DNA of 64,000 nucleotides from Chrysomallon squamiferum (taxonomy: Eukaryota > Animalia > Mollusca). Every line of letters starts with the position of its first letter. Positions within the stretch are counted from its first letter, which is position 1. The stretch spans positions 18,414,001 through 18,478,000 of the forward strand of contig CM022672.1 in NCBI GenBank assembly GCA_012295275.1, written 5' to 3'. The notes under the pieces were generated by a model, which saw only the letters and a program-made list of their open reading frames with translations, had not been told where the DNA came from and made no database searches. This document shows positions 42,024-56,268 of this stretch, piece by piece. The position numbers were made by a program, and so were the translations under genes.

Positions 42024-42880
42024 AGAAATCTTTTTACCAGTAACAAATCAATTTGAAATGATAAAGGCTCTTATGTGTGTAATTTAAGATTTTTATATTT
42101 TTTTTATTTACTTACATACTTGACTTACTTTATTTTACTCTACGGGGGAGGATTAATACAGAGATATCTGTTCTCATATTTCATTAAGTCGCTTCAAAGA
42201 GACATCAGATCTGTACTCAAAGTTCGTTAAGTCGATTATTTCCAAATTCCCAAGTCGGTCTCGATGAAATCTGTCTGGTTAGTTTGATCCAATTCAGAGT
42301 CGCATTCGTAAAACTATGTTAAAAATAATTAAAACGTTTATGGAGACATTAAGGGAACGAACTCTTCTTGGAATATTAACCTGTATTTAAATTGTCGTTA
42401 AATGTATCTGTTTATAAATATCCCGGGAGTATTAACAAGTATCCATATGTTCACCCAAACATTATAATATCCATATATATAAATACCATCCCTCCCACAC
42501 ATATAATGACACATTTACACAACTATTCATTCTTTCTTACGTAAAAAAAATATACCTGTCTTCACACATCCATGTACGTACGTATTATATAAAAATATTC
42601 ATTCATATATTATTCATGCATCTAAGCATACTAACACTCACTTATATCAGTTCAATGTTACCTGTCCAGAATACGCGTATGAAATACTTGTGTTTTCAAC
42701 TTACATGAATAATTTTAACCATGAATAATTTTAAAGTGACTGATGATTTCTGTCACCTTGTTTCTGAGCGTGTGACCAATAAATAAGTTTCGGCTACGCA
42801 TATATATATATATACGGAGTCAATCCGATACATGCGTGAAGGACAAAGCAAGAGTTTACCAGAAGATGAAAGAATGGATG

Positions 42881-42984
<104 letters not shown>

Positions 42985-43030
42985 AAAACGGCGAGGATGT
43001 TTCACTTGAAGCTAGGACAAACACTGAATC

Positions 43031-43190
43031 TGTTTACCAAGTCTGAACTGTTTTTCTTGTTGCTGTTTACCAAGTCTGAACTGTTTTTCTTGTTGCTGTT
43101 TACCAAGTCTGAACTGTCTTTCTTGTTGTACCAAGTCTGAACTGTCTTTCTTGTTGCTGTTTACCAAGTCTGAACTGTCTTTCTTGTTGT
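43031..43190. repeat. 33-bp tandem repeat, about 5 copies, abutting the acceptor of terminal exon B
   Basis: Unit tgtttaccaagtctgaactgt(t/c)tttcttgttgc; one copy is truncated. Confidence 0.92.
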
Positions 43191-43199
43191 ATTTTTCAG

Positions 43200-43417
43200 C
43201 TGGCGGCGACTGCATGCCGCCTGCGTTCGCGTACTCCTCCTCGCCTAACGAATACGTCACTCCTCCCGGTCGAACTCGGAGCATGTCGATGCAGGACGCC
43301 GACAAGCCGTACGGCTGGTACCGAGGATTCGGCAGCCAGAACGCGTCCCCCACCAGAATGAGCACGAGTCCACCAATCGAGGAATCTGTCCTATCATCAA
43401 GCCCACCGAACAGTTAA
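43200..43417 (+). CDS. NDRG: NDRG-like alternative terminal exon B: (A)GGDCMPPAFAYSSSPNEYVTPPGRTRSMSMQDADKPYGWYRGFGSQNASPTRMSTSPPIEESVLSSSPPNS*
   Basis: ttttcag acceptor in the same phase 1 as exon A, intact frame to TAA, and clear protein paralogy to exon A. Confidence 0.82.
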
Positions 43418-44254
43418 ACTGCCAAAGTCGAAGTAACCAGGAAAAAATGTACCATGAACTAAATGAACTTTTTTTTTTTTTTTTTTCACATGTTTAATTT
43501 TACTGTCTCAAATTAATTTTGCGTTCTCTTGATTGGTTCCTGAAGTTAAAAAAAAAAAAAAAAGCGTTGGAAGTGTTTTATTTTAACTTTTTTTTTTTTT
43601 TTTTTTTTAAATGCTTTCATTCTTTGTAATTCCAGGTGGGAATTATAAAGTCTAGCTTTTAAAAGTTGACGATAATAAATACTGTGCAAATCAAACTTTT
43701 TCACGAAAAGATGATAAAATTGAAAAAAGAAAAAAAGAAACAAAACATCTGAACTTATGACTATTAATTTATTCCTTTAGATATTAGTCTAAACGGAGAT
43801 GCAAATTTGAGTCAAACATTAAGAGTACGTATGTCTGTAATTCTGCATCTCTGAAGTAAAATAATATACACTGTTTTAGTAACTGATGGCAAAAAAAAAA
43901 AATAAAAAAAAAAAAAAAAAAAAATAAATAAATGGTTTATTTTCGAACACTTCCAGCGTCTCTATCAACCTGATTTTGTGTGTTTCCTTTTTTGGCAGCA
44001 ATCTGAATTGTTGTCTTCGGCTAACATAGGCTGAATGTGAGTAGAAAATAAAACGTTTGTTTAGACTTAAGGTTAATAAGTAGCAGAAATTCATATGCAA
44101 TAAAGAAAAAAAAAAAAAAAAAAAAAAAAAAGAAGAAAGACAGAAAGAAAGAAAAAAAAAACATAAGCAAAGAAAATAGTTTGTCCATGAAAAGAGTTAA
44201 AACCATTTTATGTATATATTGATACTAATTTTATCGGTGAATCATTATCTGATA

Positions 44255-45318
44255 ATACACACGCACGCACGCACGCACACGCACACTCTCACACTCATAC
44301 ACACACGCGCACACATATATAGATACATACATATATGCATTCATTCATACATACATACATACAAAACAAATGCATATATACATACATATACACGTACATA
44401 CATAAATGCATACATACACATACATATATATACATATACACACACTCACATATACATTGATACATACATACACACACATACACATTATGAAACAGCATTA
44501 TTTATGTGCCTAGTCTAAACCAAAAAAATCATTACTATCTGAGAAATGAAGGAATAGAAATTTCAGATTTCAGTTATGAAATAATAATAATTACAACAAA
44601 TCTTTCTCTATGCTTTTTTTTTTTTTTTTTTTTTTTTTTTTTGTTTTTTTTTTTTTATTTTTTTTGTTTTTTTTTTGTAGCGAGTTACAGGAACACCATA
44701 AAATTCTTGGAAATATTTATGTGTGTATTATACAGGCAATACTTATCAATTACGAAAGTAGCTCATATAATATAATACTCAAACAATTCTGTCTTAACTA
44801 GCTAACGGTAGACGTAAACATTTAACACGCTAAGTAAAGGTACCAGTACAGGTACACTAATCTTATTGTAGCAGAGTTAGAGGTGTAGTTTTAATTATAT
44901 AACAAAAATATTGTTAACAGAAGATAATTATTGTTGTAATTAATAATATTGTAATTAAAACTTATCAACTTGAGTATATCAGCTCTTTATATTGTTTTTA
45001 TTTATTCGTTTCGCATATAAATGTAAGATTATTCGTGTTTAGAATTCTTATAGATTTTAATGTTTTAACCATGTTTTACATAGGAAAAATGCACCCATTT
45101 CAGATACCTGCATATAAGCATATAAACGCATGCATACACACACACACACACACAGACACATATATGTACACATATCATTCATACACACCCTTACATACAT
45201 ACATACATACATACAAACATACAAACATACAAACATACATACATATATACATACATACATACACACATACACATATATATACATACATGCATACATACAT
45301 ACAAACATACACACATAT

Positions 45319-45349
<31 letters not shown>

Positions 45350-45415
45350 CACACATGTATATATATACACATACATGCATAATATGCATACACACACACA
45401 CACACACACATGCAA
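44255..45415. repeat. Two (CA)/(CATA)-rich low-complexity tracts (about 44255-44485 and 45130-45415)
   Basis: Seen directly; explain the overlapping HTYI/MYVC ORFs. Confidence 0.85.
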
Positions 45416-45739
45416 ACAAACTCATCATATCTATTGAGTATATATTTTATACCAGGTTAAAGATTTAAAGAATAACACACAACACAGGAATAACACACGA
45501 GAACAGAAAATTGTTTAATATGAAACACTAACTCGCAGCATTACTCTTGTACATTAATAGAGATAGTAATAAATCCATTTATTTTATTTATTTATATTTT
45601 TTTATTAACTTTTATGTGGTTAAATATTATCGAAACAATACCTAAACGAAAATTATTAGAAATCAATTTCGTTTCTGCCTGGTAAATGATACCAGTGCAG
45701 TATTATAGATTTATTATAAAAATTATAATGTCTGTAAAA

Positions 45740-45831
<92 letters not shown>

Positions 45832-46237
45832 TTTATTTATTCATGCTTACAAAATATACTTACAAAATAATTCAAATGTTTACGCAATAGAAAGATTAAA
45901 TATCATATTTCCCCTTTACTTTTGTTCTTGTTAATTTTGTTTTTATAGTATCGTCATATTTAGTAATTGCATTTTAATGTAATGTTACAGTAATTTCTAA
46001 TGTTAAAAAAAAAAAAAAAAAAAAAAATTAGATATATTAATGTATAGCTGAGACAAATTGATGACGTCTTGTATGAAGGCAAAAAAAAAAATAATATAAA
46101 AGAAAATATAAGAAAATAAAAGAAAAGAAAAGAAAATAATAAAACCAAAGAAAAAAGAAAAAAAATTCTAGTTCGTTTCTTTTGAAGCCTTTACAAAAAT
46201 ATATGATGATGATGACGTTGATTATTATTATTATTAC

Positions 46238-46286
<49 letters not shown>

Positions 46287-46882
46287 CTACTACTACTACT
46301 ACTACTACTATTACTATTGGTCTTACTATTATTATTATTCTTATAAAACGAATCAATTTTATTAAATTATTTATTTATTTGTTAGTTAATGACAGTAATA
46401 ATTTATTAATTTATTTCATTTTATTTCATTTTATTTTTTTATTTATCTTAATTTATACATATATAAAATAATATATTTATTCTTGGTTCTGTACATTATA
46501 TTAATATGCTCATGAAAGCACATGCTCAAACTTACAGACTATAATTACAACTAAATACAACTAAGTTATTTTTAATTACAAATAAATGTTAGGCTTCTCT
46601 GAACAAAACAGAACTATCACTGATTTTCTAAAGCAGAAAATAGCAACACCAATAAAAATAAACTTGAAGATGCAAAGAAACTGAACAATTACCTAAATTA
46701 GCATATATATATATGTATGTATGTATATTTTATGAAGCTATGTTACGGTGTATGATTTTGGAAATAATCTTTTTGTTGCTTTGTTAATTGTTGAAGCCCA
46801 GTTTTATCCTCTTTGATTTCTGTTCTTATTATATATTATATATGTATATATATATATCATTTTATTTTATTTTAAAAGTAAA

Positions 46883-46932
<50 letters not shown>

Positions 46933-48367
46933 CATTCGATTTATGTAACCAGTGTCGCCGCAAGCAACGGAATTTAGTTTTAAAAAAAAAGAAGAAAAAT
47001 GAAGAAAGAAAAATATTAATATTAGGGAAATATATTTGAAAAAAGGAGAAATCTTTAAGAAGATTATGTTCTGCATAATATGCTGTGGTTGTTCAAAAAA
47101 AAAAAAAAAGACTGTAAAAGACATGGAGTTGATGATGCAAAGCTTCTTACTGGTTTGGAGTTTTTTCGGTGATTTTTAACGTGTTGCTTTTCTTTACTCG
47201 GAAACTGATCTGATGCTCAAAGTTTGGTTTACTTTCAGATCACGTTAATGACTGCCAGGGATGAGGTCAGGTTTTTTTTACAAGAATGGGGAAACCTCTG
47301 GGTATGTTTTTTCACCTTTACAACTGACTTTCAAAGCTTTCCGTTAAAAGGTGTCTGTGTGTGTGTGGGTTGTGGGGGTGGGGGGAGGCTCATGCAGTCC
47401 TAATCCGGAAATTATAATGATAATTTGTAATGATAATCTCATTATCATCACAGCATTTGGATTAGCTGAGTCCCAGAATATCCCAACAGGCAACTGGGAA
47501 ATTTAAATATTTCCGACTGCAATGAGAGGTTGTTGAAAAAAAAAATTAAAAAAAGGAAAAAAAAAGAAGATGAAAGCTAAAGTAAAATGTTATGTTACTT
47601 TACAACTAGCAAGTAAAAGTAGGTTTTTGTTCCGAGTAATGGATAAAAATGGCGTTGTTTTTTCATAATCGACAGCTGTGTATAGATTTTAAATCCTTTC
47701 CTTGAATGCCTTCATTTATTTCTATGGTGGAGAGAGAATCAGTACCAGAGGATCTATTGTATCTTTTGTGGGCTTACAGTCACCTCAAAAGTTTTCATAT
47801 TTCTATTCTAAAGAATCATTTTGCGCCAAGTCCTCGAGATATAATTGGAAAGTGAAGCGCTTTATTGTCAAATCAGTTTGAACGGCGACGACACTGGAAT
47901 GTGTGGTTTGCAAAGTTTTATACGTTTCATCTTCATATTTTGTTTTTAATCAGTGTTCAGTTAGATATAGTTTTATTATTAGAATATAACTAGACAGACA
48001 ATTAAAGTGAGTGAAAAAACCCTAAAAACCAAATTTAAAATCCCACAAGAGACCGAAATAGCAGCATAGCATTCTTGAAGTGCCATAATCCTGCTTTTTT
48101 TTTTCCTTCATATTTTAAATGTATTAAATACAAAATGATGGATTATAAAAGTTGGAATATCGAAATATTTTGATTTTAATTTATTTGTGTTTCTAATTTA
48201 ACAGATGTACATGTAGGTGTCTTTAAAACCGTAGTTTATTATCTAACTTTGGTAACTGTTTCAAACTTTTACATGGATTTTTCATTCTGTATAAATTCAT
48301 TGTCTTTTTCCTCCATCTCCCTATAATGAAAGCCTGTAATGTTATTAAAAAATTTAATTCAGTTGTA

Positions 48368-48370
<3 letters not shown>

Positions 48371-48447
<77 letters not shown>
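48371..48447. repeat. (TC)n microsatellite
   Basis: Seen directly. Confidence 0.95.
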
Positions 48448-48451
<4 letters not shown>

Positions 48452-48849
48452 CTATGCGTCTCTCTCTTTTTCCTTTTTCTGTCTCTCTTTGCAATATTTC
48501 CAAAACTGTACGAATTGTCATTTCTACCTAACAAAGAACAAATGTAATTTAAACACTGTTGATTTTTTTCCCTTCTGTGGTCATGGCACTTCAAGAATAT
48601 TGTTGGTCTGTGTTGCTGTTGCTTTTGTTCTACACAGATTTGGTAATTGTTCCAGTGAGCAAACTGTACATCTGAAAAGTGTAGATGTTAAATAAAGCAA
48701 TGGTGAACATTTTTAATGCTTATTTTGTTTTCAATTCTTGTGTTGTTGTTGTTGTTTGTGATTGTGGTAGTGTTGGGGTTTTTTTTGGTTATTATGTTAA
48801 TGCTAATTTAAATATTGTATTATTATCATCATCATCATCATCATTATTA

Positions 48850-48906
<57 letters not shown>

Positions 48907-50409
48907 TCAATGTCCAGCATTAGTATAAGGCATATCTTAAGTAAATGGGTAATTATGAACAAATTTTTATCTTAAAGAAAAAGAAAAGAAAAGAATAAAA
49001 GAATGAATGAAAGAAAGAAAGAAAGAAAAACCAACGTCATAATTATGACGTCACAATCGCGGCCCGCGTGCTTTACATAGCGACAGGAATTAGTCCAGTT
49101 GTAAGTATTAATTCTGAACGGCATTAATTATAAATTTGTTATTATTATTTATTATTATTATTATTATTATTTTATTATTATTATTTTCGTAAAGTATATT
49201 AAAGGTTTGCTATGACCATAACGAATAGTGAACCCTATAAATTCATTTTTCCCAAAGGGATATTAACATCAAATACAAATTAAATTAATGAACAACAAAG
49301 TATAATTAAAGTTTGCTTCAATAATTAATACAAAAAAAAGCCAAAACCCAAAGTTTTGTACTTGCGTATCATAATCTTGGATAAGGCAAAAAAAAAAAAA
49401 AAATAATAATAATAATAATAAATAAAAAAAATTAAAAAAAATAAATAATAAAAAAATAATAATAATAAAAAGTTCTAGCTGCTTGTGATGAGATTTTAAT
49501 CTGCTTTGATATCAGAGTGTCCAAATTAAATTAAAACGGATCGATCAATAACCCAGTTTACTGCAACAAGTGCGATGAGATTGATCTTGGTTATTTACGA
49601 AGGGATACGGTTATTCTAGCTTAAACGATTCTGAGTCTGTCTTTTTAAATTTCTCCTCAAACCACTAACTGAAACAGTTCCAGATTTACAAAGATGAGAA
49701 TTTAAAATCCTAAACCATCCATATTTATTTTACTTTACTTTCATATATATATATATATATTTTTTTTTTAATAATTTTTTCTTCGCAACACAAGATAATA
49801 ATAACGATTGTATTAAAGATAATATTAGGAAATAAATAAATAAAATAATTTAAAAATTATTTAAAATATTTGCAACTTTAAAATCATCTACCACTTATCT
49901 CGCGCATGGACTTTGAGTACCTTTCTTTGATACCAGTCACATAAAGAACGTTCTGCTAAAACTGTTAACATTCATACATTAACACCAATCATCACTACTT
50001 ACAACATACTTTTAGCGCTTTTATATACCCGTTTCTGTTTCTGGGTGGAAAATTACCTGTAGATTAAGTTTTGTATATATTTTGAAAGTACATATATAAA
50101 GACATCGTCATTGTAATGTGTTTTTTCACTTTGTTTTAAATTCTATTAGCAATAAACGCAGTTAATCTACACTACAAAGTCGTGACCTCTGTTTTACCTG
50201 TTGCAAGTGATTTTCACTTTGATTTTATTATTGCAGCTTAATTTGCTGACGAAACGCTTGGCTTAAAATCTCCATTTTTACGAGTCACGGAATACTTTAA
50301 GATCGACGATTTCAGTCATAATGGATGTTTCAGAATCACGTCAGACATAAGCCGGTGAGCTGAAGTACTTTTATACATATTAGTGTTCGAAATACTGCTT
50401 ATCTGTACA

Positions 50410-51475
50410 AACATATATGCATACATACATAGTAAATACAGATTTACGTACATCCATCATACATACATATATGCACACACACATACATGCACAGGTACAC
50501 ACTCACACACAAAGACACACATATATACAAACACATATACAGATATGCATATATACAGACAGACAAACAGACAGAGGCACACTCAAACATACATTACACA
50601 CATACGTACGTACATACATACATACATACATACATACATACATACATACATACATACATACATACATACATACATACATACATACACACATGCATACATA
50701 TACCAACACACATACACACACATACATAATCATAAACATACACAATACATATACATACATATACCAACACACAGACACACATACATAATCATAAACATAC
50801 ACAATACATATACATACACCACATACATAATACATACATACACAATACATATACATACACCACATACATAATACATATACATACACAATACATATGCATA
50901 CACCACATACATAATACATATACATACACAATACATATACATACACCACATACATAATACATATACATACACCACAAACAATACATATACATAGACCACA
51001 TACATAATACATATACGTACACCACAAACATAATACATATACATACATAATACATATACGTACACCACATACACAATACATATGCATACACCACATACAT
51101 AATACATATGCATACACCACATACATAATACATATACATACACAATACATATACATACACCACATACATAATACATATACATACACCACATAGATATACA
51201 CACACCACAAACATAATACATATACATTCACCACAAACATAATATATATACATACACCACATACATAATACATACACATATGCAATACATATACATACAC
51301 CACACACATATACATACACCACAAACATAATACATATATATATATATATATATACAGCACATACATAATACATATACATACACCACATACATAATACATA
51401 TACATACAGAATACATATACATACACCACATACATAATACATATACATACACCACATACATAATACCTACATACA
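50410..51475. repeat. Complex (CATA)-derived mini/microsatellite
   Basis: (CATA)n grades into units such as atacatatacatacaccacatacata interleaved with atacatatacatacaca; almost G-free on the + strand. Confidence 0.9.
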
Positions 51476-52079
51476 CAGCTTTCAGTCTTTACCAATTGCT
51501 CTGACTCAGTGGAATTTTTATCAAGACATCTGTGCTCTAACTGTTACACCCCAAGATTAATCGCAGCGGACATTCATGAACAAGCTGACAGAAACAACGA
51601 CGGAATTAATAACAAACAAACAACAAAATATTACTTCTTATATGATCTAAACATTCAGAGATTATTTTAATGCAAACCAGTCTGGAAAAAAAAAATATAT
51701 GTTAGTAGTGTACAACCATAGGTAAAACGAATAAAAACTGTAATAAATAAGAAACTAATGAGTTAACGTAGATTGTTAGTAATGAGATTTAATATATATA
51801 TATATATATATCGTTGTTAATTACCATTTGATGTGTTAGGTAATCTATGCCAATATGAAAGGGTGAGAGGTGATACAGAGTATAACTTCCGAAAATAAAA
51901 TCATAACAGTTTTGGCTCGGTAAAGCCGCGGGTTAACCTTCAAGTAAAACTGAAATGTTAAATATATACAACAGCAATAAACAAATATATAATTACGTTA
52001 TTATAATTATTTACTGATACATGATCTCATTAACCTAAGAACACGTGAGAATGTACGATCTCATTACCTTAGGGCAGAT

Positions 52080-52124
<45 letters not shown>

Positions 52125-53247
52125 AAATCCAACCCATAACAAAAATAAAACAACAATAATTAAAAGAATTAAAAGAATTTAAAAAAAAAAAATCAAAAAT
52201 AGTAACAAAAAAATAAAATAATAATAATTATATATATATAAAATTAAAAGAATTTAAAAACAAAATCATAAAATAGTAACAAAATAATAATAATAATAAT
52301 AAAACAAAAACAAACACGTTTGAGCGTTACTTTTGGAACCATCATCAACGTCAGTGCAGTCGTTTTGATGAATGACTGAAATAGATTTATATCCGTCAGT
52401 ATCATTAACATCATCATCATCTACCTCATCGTTATCACTGGACTTATCCACCTTAACCCCTGTCGTTTCGTCGTCTTCATGCTGCTACTACTACAGCCAT
52501 CACAACCAACCAGCTTCTACGTATACTGCCTAATAAAACGAAACACAACTGAATAATAACAGCTGAGCTTTAAAATTATAACGCTGTGTCAAAAATTAGA
52601 AGCCTTAATTGATGCCAATCAGCTCTAAACCAGATCACAGCAAATGCTTTAACGGAAGAAAACCTTTAAGCTGGATGCTACCACAATCCACAGTAGATCA
52701 GGAGTTCCCTTAATTGGCAATCAAATAGCTAAACCATTCGTTAAACAGCTGCACTCACCACTGGCACTAACCTTACTATGCATTCTGGTCAACAACTAAC
52801 TAACAATGAATTTATAAATTTGCGTCTGGACCGGTGTAATCGTGTTGATGAAAGCACGTGCTGGTCGCCTCGATTCCAATAATTCCTCCTTAGCCGTGAT
52901 CGACGTTGCACCAGGGGAAAGCAACGCCGCGTTCGCAGTGAATTTAACAACAAATTTGTCTCCGTCGTCGACGAAGTGGTTTTTAGTCGTTAGTTAATTA
53001 AATCTTCTGTGTGTCCTGCAGAAAAAGTAAACGAAATTAAAATACGTAACAGTCTGGAGTCAAATGTTTAGAATAGAATTTCATAATCGTGAAAAAAGGT
53101 AAGAAAAAAAAATCTCTTCGTCTGTTTCTCTGCCTGTCTCTCTGTCCATCCATACATTTATTAATCCCTACGTCTGCCTGTCTGTCTACCTTTCTGTCAG
53201 TATGTCAGTCTGTCTGTTTATTTGTCTGTCGATTGTCTTTCTATCTG

Positions 53248-53296
<49 letters not shown>

Positions 53297-54262
53297 TTAT
53301 CTATCTATCTGTCCCTCTGTCTATCTGTCTGTAGTACCTCTGTGTATCTATTCATCATTCAGGCCATACGTCCATTACCTTTTCTTTTTATTGGAATCTC
53401 TTTTGACTTGCTGAAGTTGTAGTGTTTGCAGCAAGGAGGTTATTTCTAATTAAAGATAACAATTTACATACAGTGAAACTGGGTTAACCCAGAAACAGCT
53501 GGAAAAACGAACGCACCAGTAACACCAAAAATTAATTTAATTAGATTGTGCTGCTACTGGAAAAGGTTGTTTTTAACCGTATTACGGTCCACAGTATATT
53601 GATTAGTTCCTCTTGGACGAATGTGTAGCTTTTTTCCATAGAATAATAAAAAAGTATAGTTAGAAAAAAAAAGATATATCAATGTTGACAGTAGTTGTAA
53701 CAGAACAACTAAAAAATATTTGATTACGGCTGACAAATAAAACTCTCGCTAGTCTTTGAAGAAGCAAGTTTTGGTAAAAATGGTAAAAAGAGCGTATTCA
53801 TAATAGGTATATTAATAATCCTTTTTAGCTATATATGTTATTTCATCTATATGTAATTATAAAATTGTATAATTTATTATAATCTCTGTGTACTATAAAA
53901 CACATACAGTGATATATATCTATATCTATCTATCTATCTATATATATAAAAACCCACAAAGTTTATTTTCTATCATTTGCAAAAGAATTAAACAGTAAAT
54001 TAATCATTAAATTTAACAAAACAGTATTAATCTTCACTCATTAAGTCATATGCAGTTGATCGACTAGCTTGTAATTATATCGCCATTGAGTATATGATTT
54101 GATTCTCTTGTGATGTCCGATTTGTAAATCGAAAGTAACTGCAGTCATTAAGGCATTATTACAGTGACGATGCAGAAATAATACCATAAAGAAATACATT
54201 ACGATAATGAACAAAAAGCCATACATAAAAATGATTACAACAGTAAAATACATATCACTACG

Positions 54263-54700
54263 ATGATAAGTTCTGTGTCACATCTATAGTGATAATTCTG
54301 TCTCACATTAATAGTGACAGTTCTATCTCTCATCTACAGTGACAGTTCTGTCTCACATCTATAGTGATAATTCTGTCTCACATCAATAGTGACAGTTCTA
54401 TCTCTCATCTACAGTGACAGTTCTGCCTCACATCTATATTTATAGTTCTGTCTCACATCTATATTGACAGTTCTATCTCACATCTATATTTACAGTTCTA
54501 TCTCACATCTATATTGACAGTTCTATCTCACATCTATATTGACAGTTCTATCTCACATCTATATTTACAGTTCTATCTCACATCTATATTGACAGTTCTA
54601 TCTCACATCTATATTTACAGTTCTGTCTCACATCTATATTTACAGTTCTATCTCACATCTTCAGTTACAGTTCTGTCTCAGATCTGCGGTGACAGTTCAC
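54263..54700. repeat. 25-bp minisatellite, about 17 copies
   Basis: Unit (g/t)acagttct(a/g)tctcacatctata(t/g)t; the 5' part contains a 75-bp (3-unit) higher-order duplication. Confidence 0.92.
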
Positions 54701-55106
54701 AAAACACATACAACACCCAACAAACCTGACCATATAAATATGACAACACTACCATCACAAACGTACCATCTACGACAACACATTGCACCTGCAACAAGAA
54801 AAACCATCCACAACAACCACAACAACATACTACAGCACCGGCAACAGTACATGATAACCACTGATATCTCTACTAACAAGGATTCTAATTTTCAATTCCA
54901 CTTCTAACTGATCACTCCGACATTTGTATCTTTTACATGGTGATGAGTAATTAATTTTCTACAAGCGAATTTAAAGAAGCCAGCAATTTCATTATTTTAC
55001 TTGAAGAAAAAAAAAAAAAAGAAAAAGAAAGAAAAAAAAAAAAAAGTAATTAAAAAAAAAAGAAAAAAGTAATTATAAAAAACAAAACAATAAAATAATA
55101 GAGAGT

Positions 55107-55191
55107 CAGAGATAGGTAGATAGATAGATAGATAGATAGACAGATAGATAGATAAATAGATAGATAGACAGACAGATAGATGGATGGCTAA

Positions 55192-55267
<76 letters not shown>

Positions 55268-55332
55268 GGTTATATAGAGAGATAGAGACAAACAGATGGA
55301 TGGATAGACATAGATAGATAGATAGATAGATG
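55107..55332. repeat. (GATA)n/(GA)n compound microsatellite
   Basis: Seen directly. Confidence 0.9.
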
Positions 55333-55369
55333 GAAGTATGAAGTAACAAAGCTAAGTGCATTGCTGGCT

Positions 55370-55680
55370 GAAAACAAAATATTTGTGTCGTGTTACACTG
55401 CGAGGCAGCCAGCCAGCTGATCGGCGAGCACACAGGGATACCGCGCAGTGCCGCAAACTGCCCCAGGTTTTTCTTGCAGTTATCACTCTGACAGACTGAT
55501 TACTTCAGTTATCGATCTGTTCAGCTTTTGGAAATTGCCTTTTCGTTTACGATTTTATTTCAAATACATACTTTGAGCGAGTAAAGCGAATAGCGGTAGA
55601 AGTGTATTTCTTTCCCAAACGGTTTGCGAGGATAGCACGGGATTCAAGCCGGCCTGTCTTCGCTGAAGTGAAATGTAAGT
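55370..55680 (+). promoter_or_regulatory. CpG-rich island; candidate promoter and non-coding first exon of a downstream transcript
   Basis: Locally high GC and CpG, Inr-like TCAGTT near 55505, and a consensus donor AT|gtaagt at 55675. Confidence 0.3.
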
Positions 55681-55914
55681 AAAGAAAACAGAAATGTTTT
55701 TCAGTTGTGTTTACGTTATCGTCTTGTTGCCTGTCAATAGTACGGGTGTTATACAGGTTTTTTAGTCCGTCCATCTGTTTTGTTAATTTTTGGGTTTTTT
55801 ACTTTTTTTTCTTATTTAATTAATTGTTTGTTTGTTGTTTGTTGTTTGTTTCTTTGTTTCTTTAACGACATTACAGTACAGGTACCATGCAATATCGTTC
55901 ATTAATCTGTTAGT

Positions 55915-55945
<31 letters not shown>

Positions 55946-56195
55946 TTCATTCATTTACTTACTGTTTAATTATCTTACGGTGAGTACCAGAAGCAAATCC
56001 ATTGCCATCCTACTATAGATTTATTTATTTATTTATTATTGTTTTTATATTAAATTTATTTACTTGTTCATTTATTTTATCTTGCTCAGAAAGTAAGCAG
56101 TACCATTCTAATATTTATTAATTAATTAATTAATTTATTTATTTAATTTTTTTATTTATTTATTTATTTAATTATTTAATTATTTATTTATTTAC

Positions 56196-56268
<73 letters not shown>

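Noticed and set aside
43012-43365. 117-aa minus-strand ORF
   Set aside because: It is the antisense shadow of terminal exon B plus the 33-bp repeat.
50383-51495. Long ORFs (up to 330 aa) rich in Y/V/C/M or H/T/Y/I
   Set aside because: They are translations of a CATA-derived satellite, open in many frames on both strands, with no splice or codon signal.
53469-53530. TA-CAGTGAAACTGGGTTAACC, resembling a Tc1/mariner MITE left end
   Set aside because: I found no matching right TIR nearby.
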